Shown one piece after another: positions 38,003 to 51,278 of a stretch of 64,000 nt of DNA. Origin of the DNA: Octopus sinensis (Eukaryota); assembly GCF_006345805.1 (NCBI RefSeq), contig NC_043004.1, forward strand, positions 27,218,001 to 27,282,000, read 5' to 3'. The position numbers and the translations under genes are program-made. Positions within the stretch are counted from its first letter, which is position 1; every line of letters begins with the position of its first letter. Below the pieces are notes generated by a model, which was given only the letters and a program-made list of their open reading frames with translations, did not search any database and was not told where the DNA came from.

Positions 38003-39009
38003 AACTGTGCCATCCCTTGCCCAATTTTATCTTCAAGCCTTCTCCACAATTGTCATCTCTCTCTCACTGACCCCTCCATTACCTACCTCACTGCAACAGT
38101 CTGCTGCTCTAATCAAATGTGAACAGAACTGCATGTGCCACCATCTTTTATTCTCTGATGCCACTGATCTTTCTTGCTACCCAGAAACATATAACTTGAT
38201 ATCCACCCTCATTTTTAATATTCATGTACCTCTCACTCTCACTCTCACTGTGCATACCTTTTCCCTTACAGTCTTGCAACCTACCCACTCATATGCCATC
38301 TCTCTTTCCCTTGTCAACTGTATCATAATTACTATTCAGTTACTCTTCCTCTACTATCAGCCATCTCCTATTCTACTTTTTCTGTTCTGGCAATCACTTT
38401 CTACTCTCCCTTATCTTTCCCCTTAATGTATATTCGTCATTCCTCAACACTTGTTTTTCGTTCATTATATTAATCCCTTCATTCATCATCCATTCTCCTC
38501 TAACCATCTCTCAAACACTTTTTCAACTTTTACCCACCCACACTCCCTGTTTTCCATTCCCGACATTTCACCTCATCCCTTAATAGTGCACCTTGATGTC
38601 TCATCATCACTATTTTATCTCTCTCTTTCCAGAGCCATCCCAGTTACTCTCACCCTCTTTTCTACAATGTGAGTAGCCATGCTGCTCCTCACCAAGTAAG
38701 AAACTTGTTCTGTTCTGGCCTCCTTCTTGCATACTTTAACCTTTCGCCTAGTATAAAGCTGCCTCCCATTCTAAAGCAGTGCTGTTTAGCCAAATGACAC
38801 CATAGTCTAGTAAGCTGCATAGTGATCACATTAGGGCTGGTACCGTGAACAACACATCCTGCATACTCTGTAAAGTGGTTGGCGTTGAAAAGAGCATTCA
38901 ACTGTAGACACTATGTCAAAGAGGACATTGGTGCATGTTGCAGTCTCTGTATCCATTAGATCCTGTCAAACTATCCAACCTATGCCATCATTGAAAGGGA
39001 ACATTAAAA

Positions 39010-39044
<35 letters not shown>

Positions 39045-39089
39045 CGATGATGACGACGACGACGACGACGATGACAACGACGACGACAT

Positions 39090-39695
39090 AGGTGAACCAA
39101 GGAATACAGTGGCTTAAATACTGAACAGGTAACATAAGCAAAACATGGAACATAAAGATTTATTTAGTAAACAGTTAACATTGGTACACCAGAGGACATA
39201 AAGTGTTATTTATTGAATAGTTCACATATGGAAACCAGGAAACCAGGAAACTAAGATTTTTTTATTGATCAGAGAACAGAGGTGGACCAAGAAACAGAGA
39301 ATTATTTAGGGAGCAGTTAAAATGTACAGAGCAGGGAACATACAAATTTATTCAGTAAACAGGGAACACAAATATCTGTTTAGTATAAAATTAATATAGT
39401 TGAACCCAATGACATAAAGGTTTATTTAGTGAACAGTTAACATTAGTGAACCAGGGAACCGAAAGAAGTATTTACTGAAGTGTTAGTGAACAAGGAACAT
39501 GAAGAAGTATTTACTGAACAGTTTGTGAACAAAGAGCATAAAGAAATATTTAGTGAAAAGTTAGTAAACAAAGGACACAATGATTTAATTAGTGAACAGT
39601 TAACATAAGTGTACCAGGGAACACAAAAAAGTATTTACTTAACTGTTAGTGGATAAGGAACATAAAGAAGTATTTAGTGAACAGTTAACATATTT
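39090..39695. repeat. degenerate minisatellite, about 36-48-bp unit
   Basis: Recurring GGAACATAAAGAAGTATTTA(G/C)TGAACAGTTA motif. Confidence 0.75.
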
Positions 39696-40113
39696 ATAAA
39701 AAGCACCATCCGATTGTAGCCGTTTGCCAGACTCGTCTGGCACGTACAAAGCACCCACTACACTCATGGAGTGGTTGGCGTTAGGAAGGGCATCCAGCCG
39801 TAGAAACATTGTCAGATCAAACTGGGCCTGGTGCAGCCTTCTGGCTTCCCGGACCCCAGTTGAACCGTCCAACCCATGCTAGCATGGAAAGCGGACGCTA
39901 AATGATGATGATGAAATTGTAGAACGCTCGCCCAGAAAGAAAATAATTTAAAGAACAGTTTATCAAAGATTTAAGACTTGAAGGAAATCAAAATATGATG
40001 GATAAATAGACCAATCAAATCTCCAATTCCTGTAGTTTCTTTTCAATTATAAAAACTGCAAAATAAATATAGATTCTTTTTTATTTACTTAGATCTTATC
40101 ATATGTGTTATAG

Positions 40114-40152
40114 ATAAAATATCATGGAAATAACAGACATTTAAAGCACGAG
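40114..40152 (+). CDS. candidate 39-nt phase 0-0 exon
   Basis: atatgtgttatag|...CACGAG|gtaaat; IKYHGNNRHLKHE. Alternative to the 36669 path. Confidence 0.3.
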
Positions 40153-40537
40153 GTAAATATATTTGATGTTTCTTGTTGTTATCGTTGCTGTTGTCTTACA
40201 TTTAAATATCTGCTCTCTTGTGAATGTCTCCATTTTTATATGCTGACATGTTTATAATTTTATATGACAAATGTAGAAAAATGTGAGTTGACAGTCATAT
40301 TAAAAATGTACTTGTATCATGGATTAATAAAGAAAATATAATAGACATTATAAAATATTCAGACATTTGATATTTTATAAAGTTGACATTCTGGTACAGG
40401 GTTCAGTGCAATAAGAAACCTCAAACATTCATATCTTGTCAGATAAAATATTATTCTTATCCTTTTCATTTTAAAGCTTTGAAGAAAACTAACATATCTT
40501 CTATCATTACAAATATTATCAGTATTAATTGGAACTA

Positions 40538-41780
40538 CAGGGGTTGGACAAAATAATGAAAACACTTGAAAATTTCAAATTTATTTTAATATGGGGTAGG
40601 ACTGCCTTTGGCAGTAATTGCAGCTTGAATTCTGTGAGGTATAAACTTGTACAAAGTTTGAATTGTTTCCAAAGGAATTTTTGTCCATTCTTCAGCTAAA
40701 ACAGTCTCTAGTTCTTGTAGTGATGATGGTGCAGGATATTAACTCCTTACTTGTTTTTCTAAAATGCACCGTAAATGTTCCATAACTTCAAGATCTGGGG
40801 ATTGTCGTGGCCAGGTAAGATGTTCAACTTCACTAGAATGTTCCTTGTGCCATTCAGTAACAACTTTAGCTGTGTGAATTGATGCATTATCATCCCGAAA
40901 GATTGTGTTTCCCTCTGGAAACAGTTCCACAACCATAGGATGAATTTGATCAGATAAAATGCTTAAATAGTCTTGAGTATTAATTTTGCCATGAAGGGAA
41001 ACCATTGGGCTGGTGGATTTCAAAGAGATATACCCTGCCAGATCATCACAGATCCTCCTCCATGTTTAACAGTTGGAAGAAGGCAATCTGGGTCAAATGC
41101 TTCTTTTGGCTGTCTCCACACTTGTACTCAACTGGTGGTCGGAAATAGGGTAATGGATGAGTCGTCTGAGGAAATAACATTCTTCCACTGCTCTATGGAC
41201 CAATTCTGTAGGTTTTGACGCCACTCTAAATGCTTTGCAACGTTTTTTTGAAAGTAGTTTTCTGATTGCAGCCCTCCAGTGAAATCTGGCTTTGTGCAAC
41301 TCCCAGCGAACAGTTTTTGTGAAAACTGTGTTCAGGAGGTGGTCATTAAGCTCTGCAGCAATTTTGGGTGCTGTACTTTTGTGATCCTTTCTAACAATTC
41401 GAGTAAGAGTCTGTTCTGGAGTTTTGTTTCGATGAGGAGGTTTTTCCCTCTTTCTCAAAGGCTGTTATTACTTTCAAGACAGTATTTTTTGATACACCAA
41501 ACATTTCTGCTATTTTCATTACACTAGCACTTGCCATACAAGCACCAACAATTTGACCTCTGTGAAAGTCCAATATATCTGTCATTTTAATGAATTTTAA
41601 TGAATTTTAATTCACTTTTTCTGTGATATCTGAAAAGAAACAGCAATTTTAGCAAAACATATAAAGCAACACTAATAATAAATAAAAAAAACATAAAAAT
41701 AAACAAGCTTTTATGGTTTTATAGATATTTCAAAATTATGCTATGATGCTAGATGTTTCCATTATTTTGTCCAACCCCTG
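40538..41780 (-). mobile_element. full-length decayed Tc1-like transposon
   Basis: TIRs CAGGGGTTGGACAAAATAAT at both ends, TA TSD; transposase pieces (RGQIVGA, FRDDNASIH, WPRQSPDL) with frameshifts. Confidence 0.92.
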
Positions 41781-42862
41781 TACATAACTTTATTGTTAAT
41801 TTAATTATTCAATGAAGGTTACAGTCTTCAGCTATCAATATAATGCTTTCACCATTTCAACCCACTTCAAGAGTTTTGACACTGGGAATTTTCTGATTTG
41901 ATTGGTTTTGAAATGTTACATGTATATCAAGCTATTGATACAGTCAATTTGTCAGTATGTTAATCTAAGTTAGCGAAGAGAATATAGAAGTATATCTCTT
42001 GAAAGGTAATCTTTACATATGAGTTTGACCTGCTGGAAATACCAGCTCAAACCCTCTCATATCACACTGATATGTCTTAATGATTAGAAGAAGACATTAG
42101 ATAACATAGTTGTAAACAATCCCTAAAAAGTGATGTTGAGAATATGGTCAAAATAAGTAATTCTACACAAGATATAAATAGATTTCATAGGATGATCAGT
42201 GTTGTAATCAGTATGAGCACTTATACCATTTATTACTGAGTTCAGTTTTGGTTCTGGGCCTCAGTACTGTGAGCTGTGTTAAATCCATTGACTCCCGATC
42301 AACACAAAATTTTCAAATGTCCTTTACAAGCCAATAGAAAACAGATTTCACCAAACATTACCCTGAAACCATATAACTGTCTGAAATATCTTTCCTTCCT
42401 TTGTATTATTGTATTTCAAATTCAATCTGAAAGATGAACAATTGTTTAAAAAGTCAAAAGAACCAAGCATAAACAATGATGTTCTCTACCAGACAAATAA
42501 TAATAATAAATACCATAACAACTACTAGACACAAGACTTGTAGCAGTGAAAGTCAAAGCTGATGCAGACATCAGAATAACAACCAAATAATATTAAGAAA
42601 TCATATAAACATTTAGTCATACAGCTATTGAACTGCCAAGTATATTTAAAGGAGTCAATAGTTTGTTGTTGATTTGTCATTAAAATTTTAACAATTGATA
42701 ACCATTTATCAATAGTTTATTGATTTGTCATCATTTGAAGTATATAGAGTTCATATCATCTTGCAAAACATTATACTATCAAGTGTAGACACGTAGCCAA
42801 TAGTTTATTAACTCAGGGTGGTCACACCTATAATGGCTTTGACCATATCATTACTATTTCAG

Positions 42863-42896
42863 GTTTCATTTAAGACTAAGGAACAATAACAAACAA
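42863..42896 (+). CDS. candidate 34-nt exon
   Basis: atatcattactatttcag|...AACAA|gtgaga; open only in phase 2 (FHLRLRNNNKQ). Confidence 0.3.
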
Positions 42897-42927
42897 GTGA
42901 GAAGATTTACCTTACTATGATATTTGT

Positions 42928-43229
42928 TGTTTGTTCCTCCTCGGGCCATACCTGGCTCATAAGGACCAGTTTCCCAGTTTCTTGGCATATAGGTTCCCCA
43001 CCTGGACGGGACGCCGGTCCATCGCAGGTGAGCTGCAAGATGCAGGAGGAAAGAGTGAGAGAAAGTTGTGGCAAAAGAGTCAGCAGAAGTTTGCCATTAC
43101 CTTCTGCCAGAGCTGCATGGAGCTTAGGTGTTTCACTCATAAACAAACACATCGTCCAGTCTGAGATTCGAACCTGCGATCCCTTGACCGCGAGTCCGCT
43201 GCTCTAACCACTAGGCCATGTGCCTCCAC
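42928..43229 (-). mobile_element. tRNA-SINE (family E)
   Basis: Clear A and B boxes; homologous to 37700-38002. Confidence 0.85.
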
Positions 43230-44602
43230 TTACTATGATATGGTGATACAAGCTGTGTATATGTAATATACATATGTGTGTGTGTGTGCGCGCGCACGTG
43301 CATGTGTATGTGTGTGTTAGTATATGTGGAATTTCATTGGCTTCATAATATTAAGCATAAATATATATTAATCATTAGATCTAGATCTGCTCTGGGTGAA
43401 GCACCAGTCTATTCCTGGTAGATATATATAAAGACAGGAGCATGCAAATTAAGTATAATTCTTAAATACACCTTAAAATATTTGCAGTGGATTTGAACTC
43501 AGTATCCAAATATAGCTTGTCCACTGCCATGACCACTTTCCTATTTACCCTCCTGTAACAGTGAAACATACCTTGACAAAGACAATTTACTCTACACTGT
43601 TCAGTTTTCCTATCTAAATAGGTGCCATGGTCAGCTTGTGTTCACTGCTATAATGAACAAAGACATTATTTAGCTAATGTGTATTTGATTCAGTAACAAT
43701 ACTGGATTGAAGAACTCCTCGTGTAAAGAAACTAACATGGGAGTAACTCTATACCTGTGATGAAATATTTTTATTAAGATCTTATATAACCCATGGCATT
43801 AGATTCGATAAGATTGTCATCAATTGTACCATTAATTCTTGCTCCATTGGTTCTGATGATTTTACTGATGGAAGCAGCATGAGGAACTGTTAGCATTTCA
43901 ATTTGGATCAAGCCCTGATATTTACATAAAATGATGAATTGATACTGTTATATTCTGCCTACTATCCTCAAAATCAATGACATGTCTATAACATTCTCTT
44001 GTGGATGATTTATTATCCAAAGCCAGTTGTATGAAGGTTAATGCGGCTCCATTAATAGTATTTGCTAAGCTTTTCAAATGTTTATTTTCCTTCTTTTCAT
44101 TATATTCCCATGTTACTCCCTATTCATATCACTGTCCTTGTTCAAGGTCTAATAGATTGTCTTTGATTTTACAGTTTTATGTAAACAATAGCAGAGAAAA
44201 AATATAATATTGAAGCGAAACAAGATATCTCGTGAAAAAGAGAATACATACAATCTTTACAAAAAGTAACAAAGTAAATACAATGAATGAAATTGAAAGA
44301 GAATAGATTTTTTATAATAAAGAGGATTATAATGAAAACTGAATGTAACGTATTAATCTCAATGATAATGTTTTATTTGCTTATCGTCTGTAATCCTTTC
44401 CACATGAGACAGTAGAGCTTGATGTCATCATTGATATGAAATCTGTTGCTGTCTCAGAAACGATATAAAATCACCTGAAAGTTGAAAATAATAAGATAGT
44501 TTCTCTATCAAAATATGCTAAACTTTTGTTTTATGTTTTATGTTTCAGTCAAATAAAAGTTTGTCCATAACATCTGATTCTCATATTGCTAAGTGTGATT
44601 AG

Positions 44603-44634
44603 ATGAAATTAATTCTGTTAATATTCATGATGAG
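44603..44634 (+). CDS. candidate 32-nt exon
   Basis: gctaagtgtgattag|...GATGAG|gtatgt; reads xEINSVNIHDE or MKLILLIFMM. Confidence 0.38.
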
Positions 44635-44889
44635 GTATGTATTGAAGGTCAGTGGATGAGATGTGGTTGTTGGTTTTGATGTTGGGGATTTCTTTTTACC
44701 TTTATAACCCTCTTTATTGTCCTGTCACTAGAGCTTTCTGTATTTTTGAAAATGTTTATAGTAAGCATGCAATACTTTGAACAAAATAAATCAGATCATA
44801 TCATCAGTTTGTCAATTATCCCCTATTTTTTCTATTGCGGAACAAAAATACACATTCTATACATGTTTTAATTTATAATCTTTGATTTT

Positions 44890-45991
44890 AAATTCGTTAT
44901 ACTATGTAACAAATTTGGCAGAGGTCATATTGTTGGGCAATCTGAGGCTGGACTTAGCCAGTGAAAAATTGTCGAAAATCTTCAAGTCCCTCTTGCTACT
45001 GTTAATAGAATTATTGTGCAATTCAAAAGTCAAGGAAAAAATCAACAGATTCTTGTCCTGGCTGGCCTGGGCCCTCGGAAAGGAAGCTTCGCTGTCTGAA
45101 GAGCATAGTGGAAATGAACTCCATTCAAAGACCTCTGACATTGCAAAACAGCTAGAAGTTAGTCCAAGAATGTGTGTTACATATTTACATCAGCTTGGGT
45201 ATTATAGATGAGCAGCTAGAAGAAAACCTCTCCTTCAACCAATTAATATCATAAAAAGAAAGAAATGGGCTAAGGAGATGTCAGGAAAATCCAGTTCATT
45301 TTGGGATAGAGTGATTTTCTCAAATGAATCTAGATTTGCATTATTTTCAGACAGTGGACGTGTTTGGGTCTGGAGGTTTCCCAATCAAGAATTTGACTCC
45401 AACCAACTGTGAAACGTAGTGGTATCTCTGTAATTGTATGGGGAGTAATCGCCGGCAATGGTCATTCTGAGCTGATTGAATGTGTTGGAACCATAAACTC
45501 TGAAAAATACATTGAAATACTTAAGCACAGACTACTTCCGATGTATTCACATGATAATATAACGGAAAAGGAGTTTTTATTCCTGGAAGATGGGGCTCCA
45601 TGCCAACAACGAAAAGGAATCAACAATGGCTGACTGGAAATGGGATCAAAAAGCTTCCTTGGCCAAGCCAATCTCCTGACACGAACCCAATTGAAAATCT
45701 TTGGAGCATACTAGATAGAACTATACGGAAAACTCAATAGAAACCTAAATCTAAAGATGAATTGTTTCGATTGTTGTGTGAAAAGTGGGCAGAAATTCCA
45801 CAAGAGCCAATCACAAAGCTCATCATTTCAATGCCAAAAAGAGTTTCTGAATTAAAAACTGCAAAGGGAATGTCAGCTAAATACTAAAGTATGTAGTCCT
45901 ACCTATCGAGTGCATTTCAATTGCTTGCTTTGTGTATTAAATAAAAGATTTTGAAAATTAAAGGTGTCTATTTACTTCCTGCATGTCTGTG
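44890..45991 (+). pseudogene. Tc1 (DD34E) transposase relic
   Basis: [34 protein letters not shown]; disrupted. Confidence 0.88.
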
Positions 45992-46009
45992 TATATGCAT
46001 ATATGGGTA

Positions 46010-47321
46010 CAGGATATTACCAACTATATAAACAACATGAAATACATAGACAAGTTATATATGTAAACGAGAGAAAAAGTGGAAAACAGGACAAGTAAAC
46101 AGGGAAATGACACTTCATCAGTTGTCGGCTATCAATCTACTCCTCATTTTGAGCATTCAAAGACAATATGAGTCTTCAAAATCAGTTGCGCCCATAAGTT
46201 CGAAAAAAAAATGTAGGATTTATGGTGAGTCAAAGCTGGGAACAAAAACAGGACAGTGGAGACATAGAAGGAAACCGAATGAAAAAAAACATGGAGGGTC
46301 GTTAGACAAGAATGAGAGGAAACTAGTGAATGCTGGTAGAAATATTTTCTTTGAAAAGAGAAAAGATAGAAGGGAGAGAGAAAAAACGTCCTGTTCTCTG
46401 AATGTCCGTGCAGGAAAAGAAAGATGGTCATGTGAGGAAGGAAAGATTGACGATGGTCACGTGTAAGCAATGAGAGAGAGACAAGAGAAAGAAGGGGAGA
46501 GAGAGAGAGAGACAGACAGATAGAAAATGGTGAAAGAGGGATGGGGAGAAAAAGGGGATTAAAGAAGGATGGAGGAAAAAAACAGTATAGAGTAGAGTCG
46601 CATCAAAAAGGTGAAGATAAACTTACTTGGAAATGGATGCGTGGCGTTCAACTAACAAATAATAAATAATATATATATGCATTATTCATTATTATTATTT
46701 AACGGAAAGCTACGTATCCATTTCGAAGTAAGTTTATCTTCACTTTTTTGATGCGACTCTACTCTATACTGTTTTCTTTCACCATCCTTCTCTAATTCTT
46801 TCTCCCCTTCTCTCTTTCGCTGTTTTCTTTTCTATCTGCCTGTCTCTCTCTCCCCCTCTTTCTCTTCTTTCTCTCTCTCACTCACACGTGACCATCGTCC
46901 ATCTTTCCTTTTCTCATGTGATAATCTTTCTTTTCCTGCATGGACGTTCAAAAGACAGGACGTTTTTTTCTTTCTCATGTATCTTTTCTCATTTCAAAGA
47001 AAATATTTCTCCCAGTATTCACTATTTTCATCTCGTTCTGGTCTAATGACCCTCCTTGTTTGTTTTTGTTCATCTTCCTCCACTGTCCTGTTTTTGTTCC
47101 CAACTTTGATCTGCCATAAATCCTAAATGTTTCTTTAGAATCTGTGGGAGCGACTGTCTTTGAAGACTTATATTGATGTTAAATGCTTGAAATGAGGAGT
47201 AGATAGACAACTGATGAAGGGTCATTTCTCTGTTACTTGTCCTGTTTTCCATTTTTTCTCTCATTTACATATTAAACTCGTCTAAGTATTTTATGCCGTT
47301 TACACAGTTGGCGACATCCTG
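46010..47321. mobile_element. 1.3-kb foldback element with Tc1/mariner-like ends
   Basis: About 650-bp arms are diverged reverse complements; ends TA-CAGGAT...ATCCTG-TA. Confidence 0.88.
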
Positions 47322-47429
47322 TACACATCTATGCATATATATATGTATATATATATATATATTTACTCACACACATATATATATTATTTATTATTATTAC
47401 TTAATTGAACACCACTCATCTATTTCCAA

Positions 47430-47470
<41 letters not shown>

Positions 47471-47839
47471 AAAGAAGAAAAGAAAATGTAGATAAGAAAG
47501 TTATCAATTATTTATTATTAGAAAATTGGTCATCTTCCTTTTTACAGCTGTTTCAATTAATGCTCAATTATTAAATTATAAATTTGAAGATTAAATTTGC
47601 ATTTATGTTACATGAGCATAATTTCATCAGAGAAAAAAGACACACCTTGGTATGTTATATGTGGACTTATCAATTCATTTCAGTAGACCAATTTGTTAAT
47701 GATAAACAATATTTAACTTCCTTATCTCCATTTTCTTTTCTTTTAACTGGATATAAATTATATGCTTAATATATAGCTATTGTTCTAAGGCAATTTCATT
47801 TCCCAGCAGTACTAGGTTCTGAACTAGTATTTCCTTGGA

Positions 47840-48050
47840 AATACTAGCCATCACTTCACAAGGTTAACATATCCTCCAATTAAATTATCCATATCCTCAA
47901 ATGCAAATCACAGAAATCATGCTCCATGGGATTTGTGAAAGCTCACAATTCATTGACAAGTTTGTTTGGTTGGATGAGACCTGTTTCAAGTTGTCAGGTC
48001 ATGTCAATATGCATAACTACATTTACTGTTATTGGGCTATAACAGTAGTT
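47840..48050 (+). pseudogene. Tc1/mariner-family transposase fragment
   Basis: WLDETCFKLSGHVNMHNY resembles FSDE.HF.L.G.VN..N. Confidence 0.6.
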
Positions 48051-48479
48051 AACATTTAAAGAGAGAGAGAGAGAGAGGGAGAGGGGAGAGAGAAAGAGAA
48101 AAGAAAAAGAAAAATGCTATGAGAACTTTATCATGGATAAAAGAAAGAAGGTATTTACATTTCTGTCAAAATATGCTGCTGGTTTCAATTGCATTATAAG
48201 ATAATTTAATCATACTGGAATAAAAGGGAAACTATATTGAAATTAAATAAATTTTTTATGGCATCAGTTTGGAAGTTCACACGATTTCCTTGCAAAAATC
48301 CCAGAGTGCCATTATTTTGTTTCCTTCTGGTTGCTATTGGGCCATGGTAGTCGTTAACAATTCAAGCAGTGGCAGCAGTCCTTTCTCATTAAGGTTAATA
48401 GTTGTCAGTAGTCACTACAGCAGTAGTAATAGTTGCAGCAGTAGTGGCAGCTTTATCAAAAAGTTGCTATAGGAGCTGC

Positions 48480-49520
48480 AATAGTTGTCTTTTCCTCTTC
48501 CCTCTTACAGTTATTTAGAAGTGTTCAGCATTTGGTTATGCAAGTTGCTTCTTTGTTGTTGCATTATTGTTATGACATGTAATTGATGCAGGAGAAAATT
48601 GTCAAATTTGGTTTTTTCTTACCTCTAGATGTGTCTTTAAGTTCCCCATTTGTTTGTATTTCTGTATTTTAATTTGTGATCTACCCAAAGTCATGCATTG
48701 TCTTCAGGGCACTTTGGTTATCCTATGTAATTCTCTCCATATATTGAGTATGTAATTGCATGGATTAGTTTCCACATGTACAGGTAAGTTATTTTTCATT
48801 AAGGAAATTTGTCCTTGTTTAAAATGAATCACCAATCCTTCTGTTAGATTAAGACATATATGACAGTTGGGTCTTCTGCATTTTGTTACTGTTGGTCCTG
48901 TTATTATTGTATGAAAATTGGCCTTGCTAGTATTGTTTCAATGTTTTGGTTTGTCTTTTGTTCTTTCTGATGGTATATGTTGGAAGGATTTGATTCAGCC
49001 TGGGGTCCTTTTTCCACTGTTACTGTGTATTGGAATATGATGCTTTAATCCTCATTGTTTTGGGAATTGTAGGCTGGAAATTTATGGTAGAACTTTCACT
49101 TCTGATACATTTCTTTATTTGGCTTGTCTTACTTCCTATATACTGATTTTTTTTCTTGGTTCATTGTACTTCATTATCGATTAAGGATGGTGGGTAATTC
49201 CTGTCATGCAGTGTATCCTTTAGTTCTTAATATCACAAATGTTTGCAGCAAATATTAACGTGTAGATCCTTTTGGCTAACTTATAAGGGACATTTATTCA
49301 GGCATGTCAGATAGCATGAATTGAATGGAAGATATTATTTGGAGTCCATAGATTTATAATCAATGTTTGTCTCTATTTGGTTGTTGACTTTCTTTATTGG
49401 GATGCCTAAAAACAGGAATTGGTTATTCCATAGTGAATTGTATATTTTTATTTATTCCATGGAGAAGTGTTTTAATCGATTAATGCCAGCTGCACCTATA
49501 TTGTCAAAACTAGCTGATGG
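48480..49520 (-). mobile_element. Penelope-like element fragment (RT C-terminus and GIY-YIG region)
   Basis: IQFTME..FLFLGI, YLPFNSC, RNYPPSLI, VTKCRRPNCHIC; heavily decayed. Confidence 0.7.
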
Positions 49521-50963
49521 TGGGTGAGATAGGTGTGGTGTTCAAACATGTATTGCCTCATTTCATCTGACTGGATATGTAACCATAGGGTTCATGATGA
49601 GGGAAAAATGAAAAGAGAGGGAGAAATATAATAGATAGTGATGATGATATAGAAGCCCTTTCTGTACATCTGTGGGCAGTGAAAATATGAATCATCATCA
49701 TCATTTAACGTCCGCTTTCCATGCTAGCATGTGTTGGACGGTTCAACTGGGGTCTGGGGAGCCCGAGGGCTGCACCAGGCCAATCAGATCTGGCAGTGTT
49801 TCTACAGCTGGATGCCCTTCCTAACGCCAACAACTCCGTGAGTGTAGTGGGTGATTTTATGTGCCACCGACACAGGTGCCAGACGAGGCTGGCAAACGGC
49901 CACGCTCGGATGGTGTTTTTTATGTGCCACCGACACAGGTGCCAGACGAGGCTGGCAGACGGTCACGATCGGATGGTGTTTGTTACGTGCCCACAGCACG
50001 GAGGCCAGTCGATGCGGTACTGGCTACGGCCACGTTCGGATGGTTTTCTTGTGTGCCACCGGCACTGGTACCACAAAGATACAAATTCCATTGATGTTCA
50101 TCTATTTTGATTTGTTGACATATTTAAATTGGAATATGAACTTAGCAATCTAGCATTTAATCTGTCTATATCCAGCCCACATATTCTGCTTGTTTTATCT
50201 TCAAACTGATCTGATCTGGCCCCTCAAACCTACCCTACATTGTCATTCTCACAATAACTAATCACATCATCAAAATCTTTAAGCTATGAGAGAATACATG
50301 ATTAAGTCAAAGCAATGTGAATAAATAAGCATTACATTTTACAGAGTAATTTGAATGCTAAAGGGTTAAAATTCTTAACATTCTTGGGAGACCCAACATT
50401 TCAGGTTTTTAACTCATAATTTTTGGCTTAACTGTTCACACTGTTCTAAAACATTCCTCTCTGTTTTATTTTGCATTATTTATAGACAAACATTTGTTTA
50501 GATACAAAGCATTCATTTTAGATGTCAGTCAAACTTTATAGGAATTTATATCCAATAAATATCATAACTGACCCTCTGGACATTATTAAAATATTATCTA
50601 ATGCTCAAAACACCCTATTTTAGTGACTAAAATATACAAATATCTTTTTATTATAACATGTAATTCACAAATGAAAGTCTGATGCTTATGTTAGATACCA
50701 ATATATTTACATACAAACATTACCAATGTCATTATCCTTAATAAAAGCTTATTACATTATTAGTAAGATGTGAAGTTTTGTACATTATCGCCAAAACTAC
50801 ATATTTTTACTTTACTATTTGTTATTGATTTCCCTAAATTATGTTACAGATGATAGAGAGAAGATATCACAGAAAGAAAAACATTATGAATTTGATCATT
50901 TTGCAATATATGCCCTTTCTTTATATGTCATTGACTGATGTGTCATTTCATTGGAGTGTTCAG

Positions 50964-50985
50964 CCTCATTAAGCACTTTGATGAG
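50964..50985 (+). CDS. candidate 22-nt micro-exon
   Basis: ttggagtgttcag|...GATGAG|gtactt; LIKHFDE in phase 2. Confidence 0.2.
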
Positions 50986-51231
50986 GTACTTGGCTAAACT
51001 AATCGTTTGAAACTCATATTTATAAAAAGATCTATTGAGATATAATAAACTCTTGTTTTTTCCTGTTATGTAAATAAATAAGCTGTGTGGTTAAGGAACT
51101 TGCTTTCCAGCCATGGGGTTTCAAGTTTAATCCCACTGTGTGACACCTTGGGTGAGTAACTTCTACAATAGCCCTGGGGTGACCAATACATTGTGAATGA
51201 ATTTGGTAGGTAGAAACTGTGTGGAAGTTCA

Positions 51232-51278
<47 letters not shown>

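Noticed and set aside
39090-39695. CRISPR-like repeat-spacer array
   Set aside because: Eukaryotic context; units are degenerate with no unique spacers.
43140-43229. tRNA gene
   Set aside because: tRNA-like head is attached to a SINE body and repeated at 37920-38002; same for the other tRNA-like heads.
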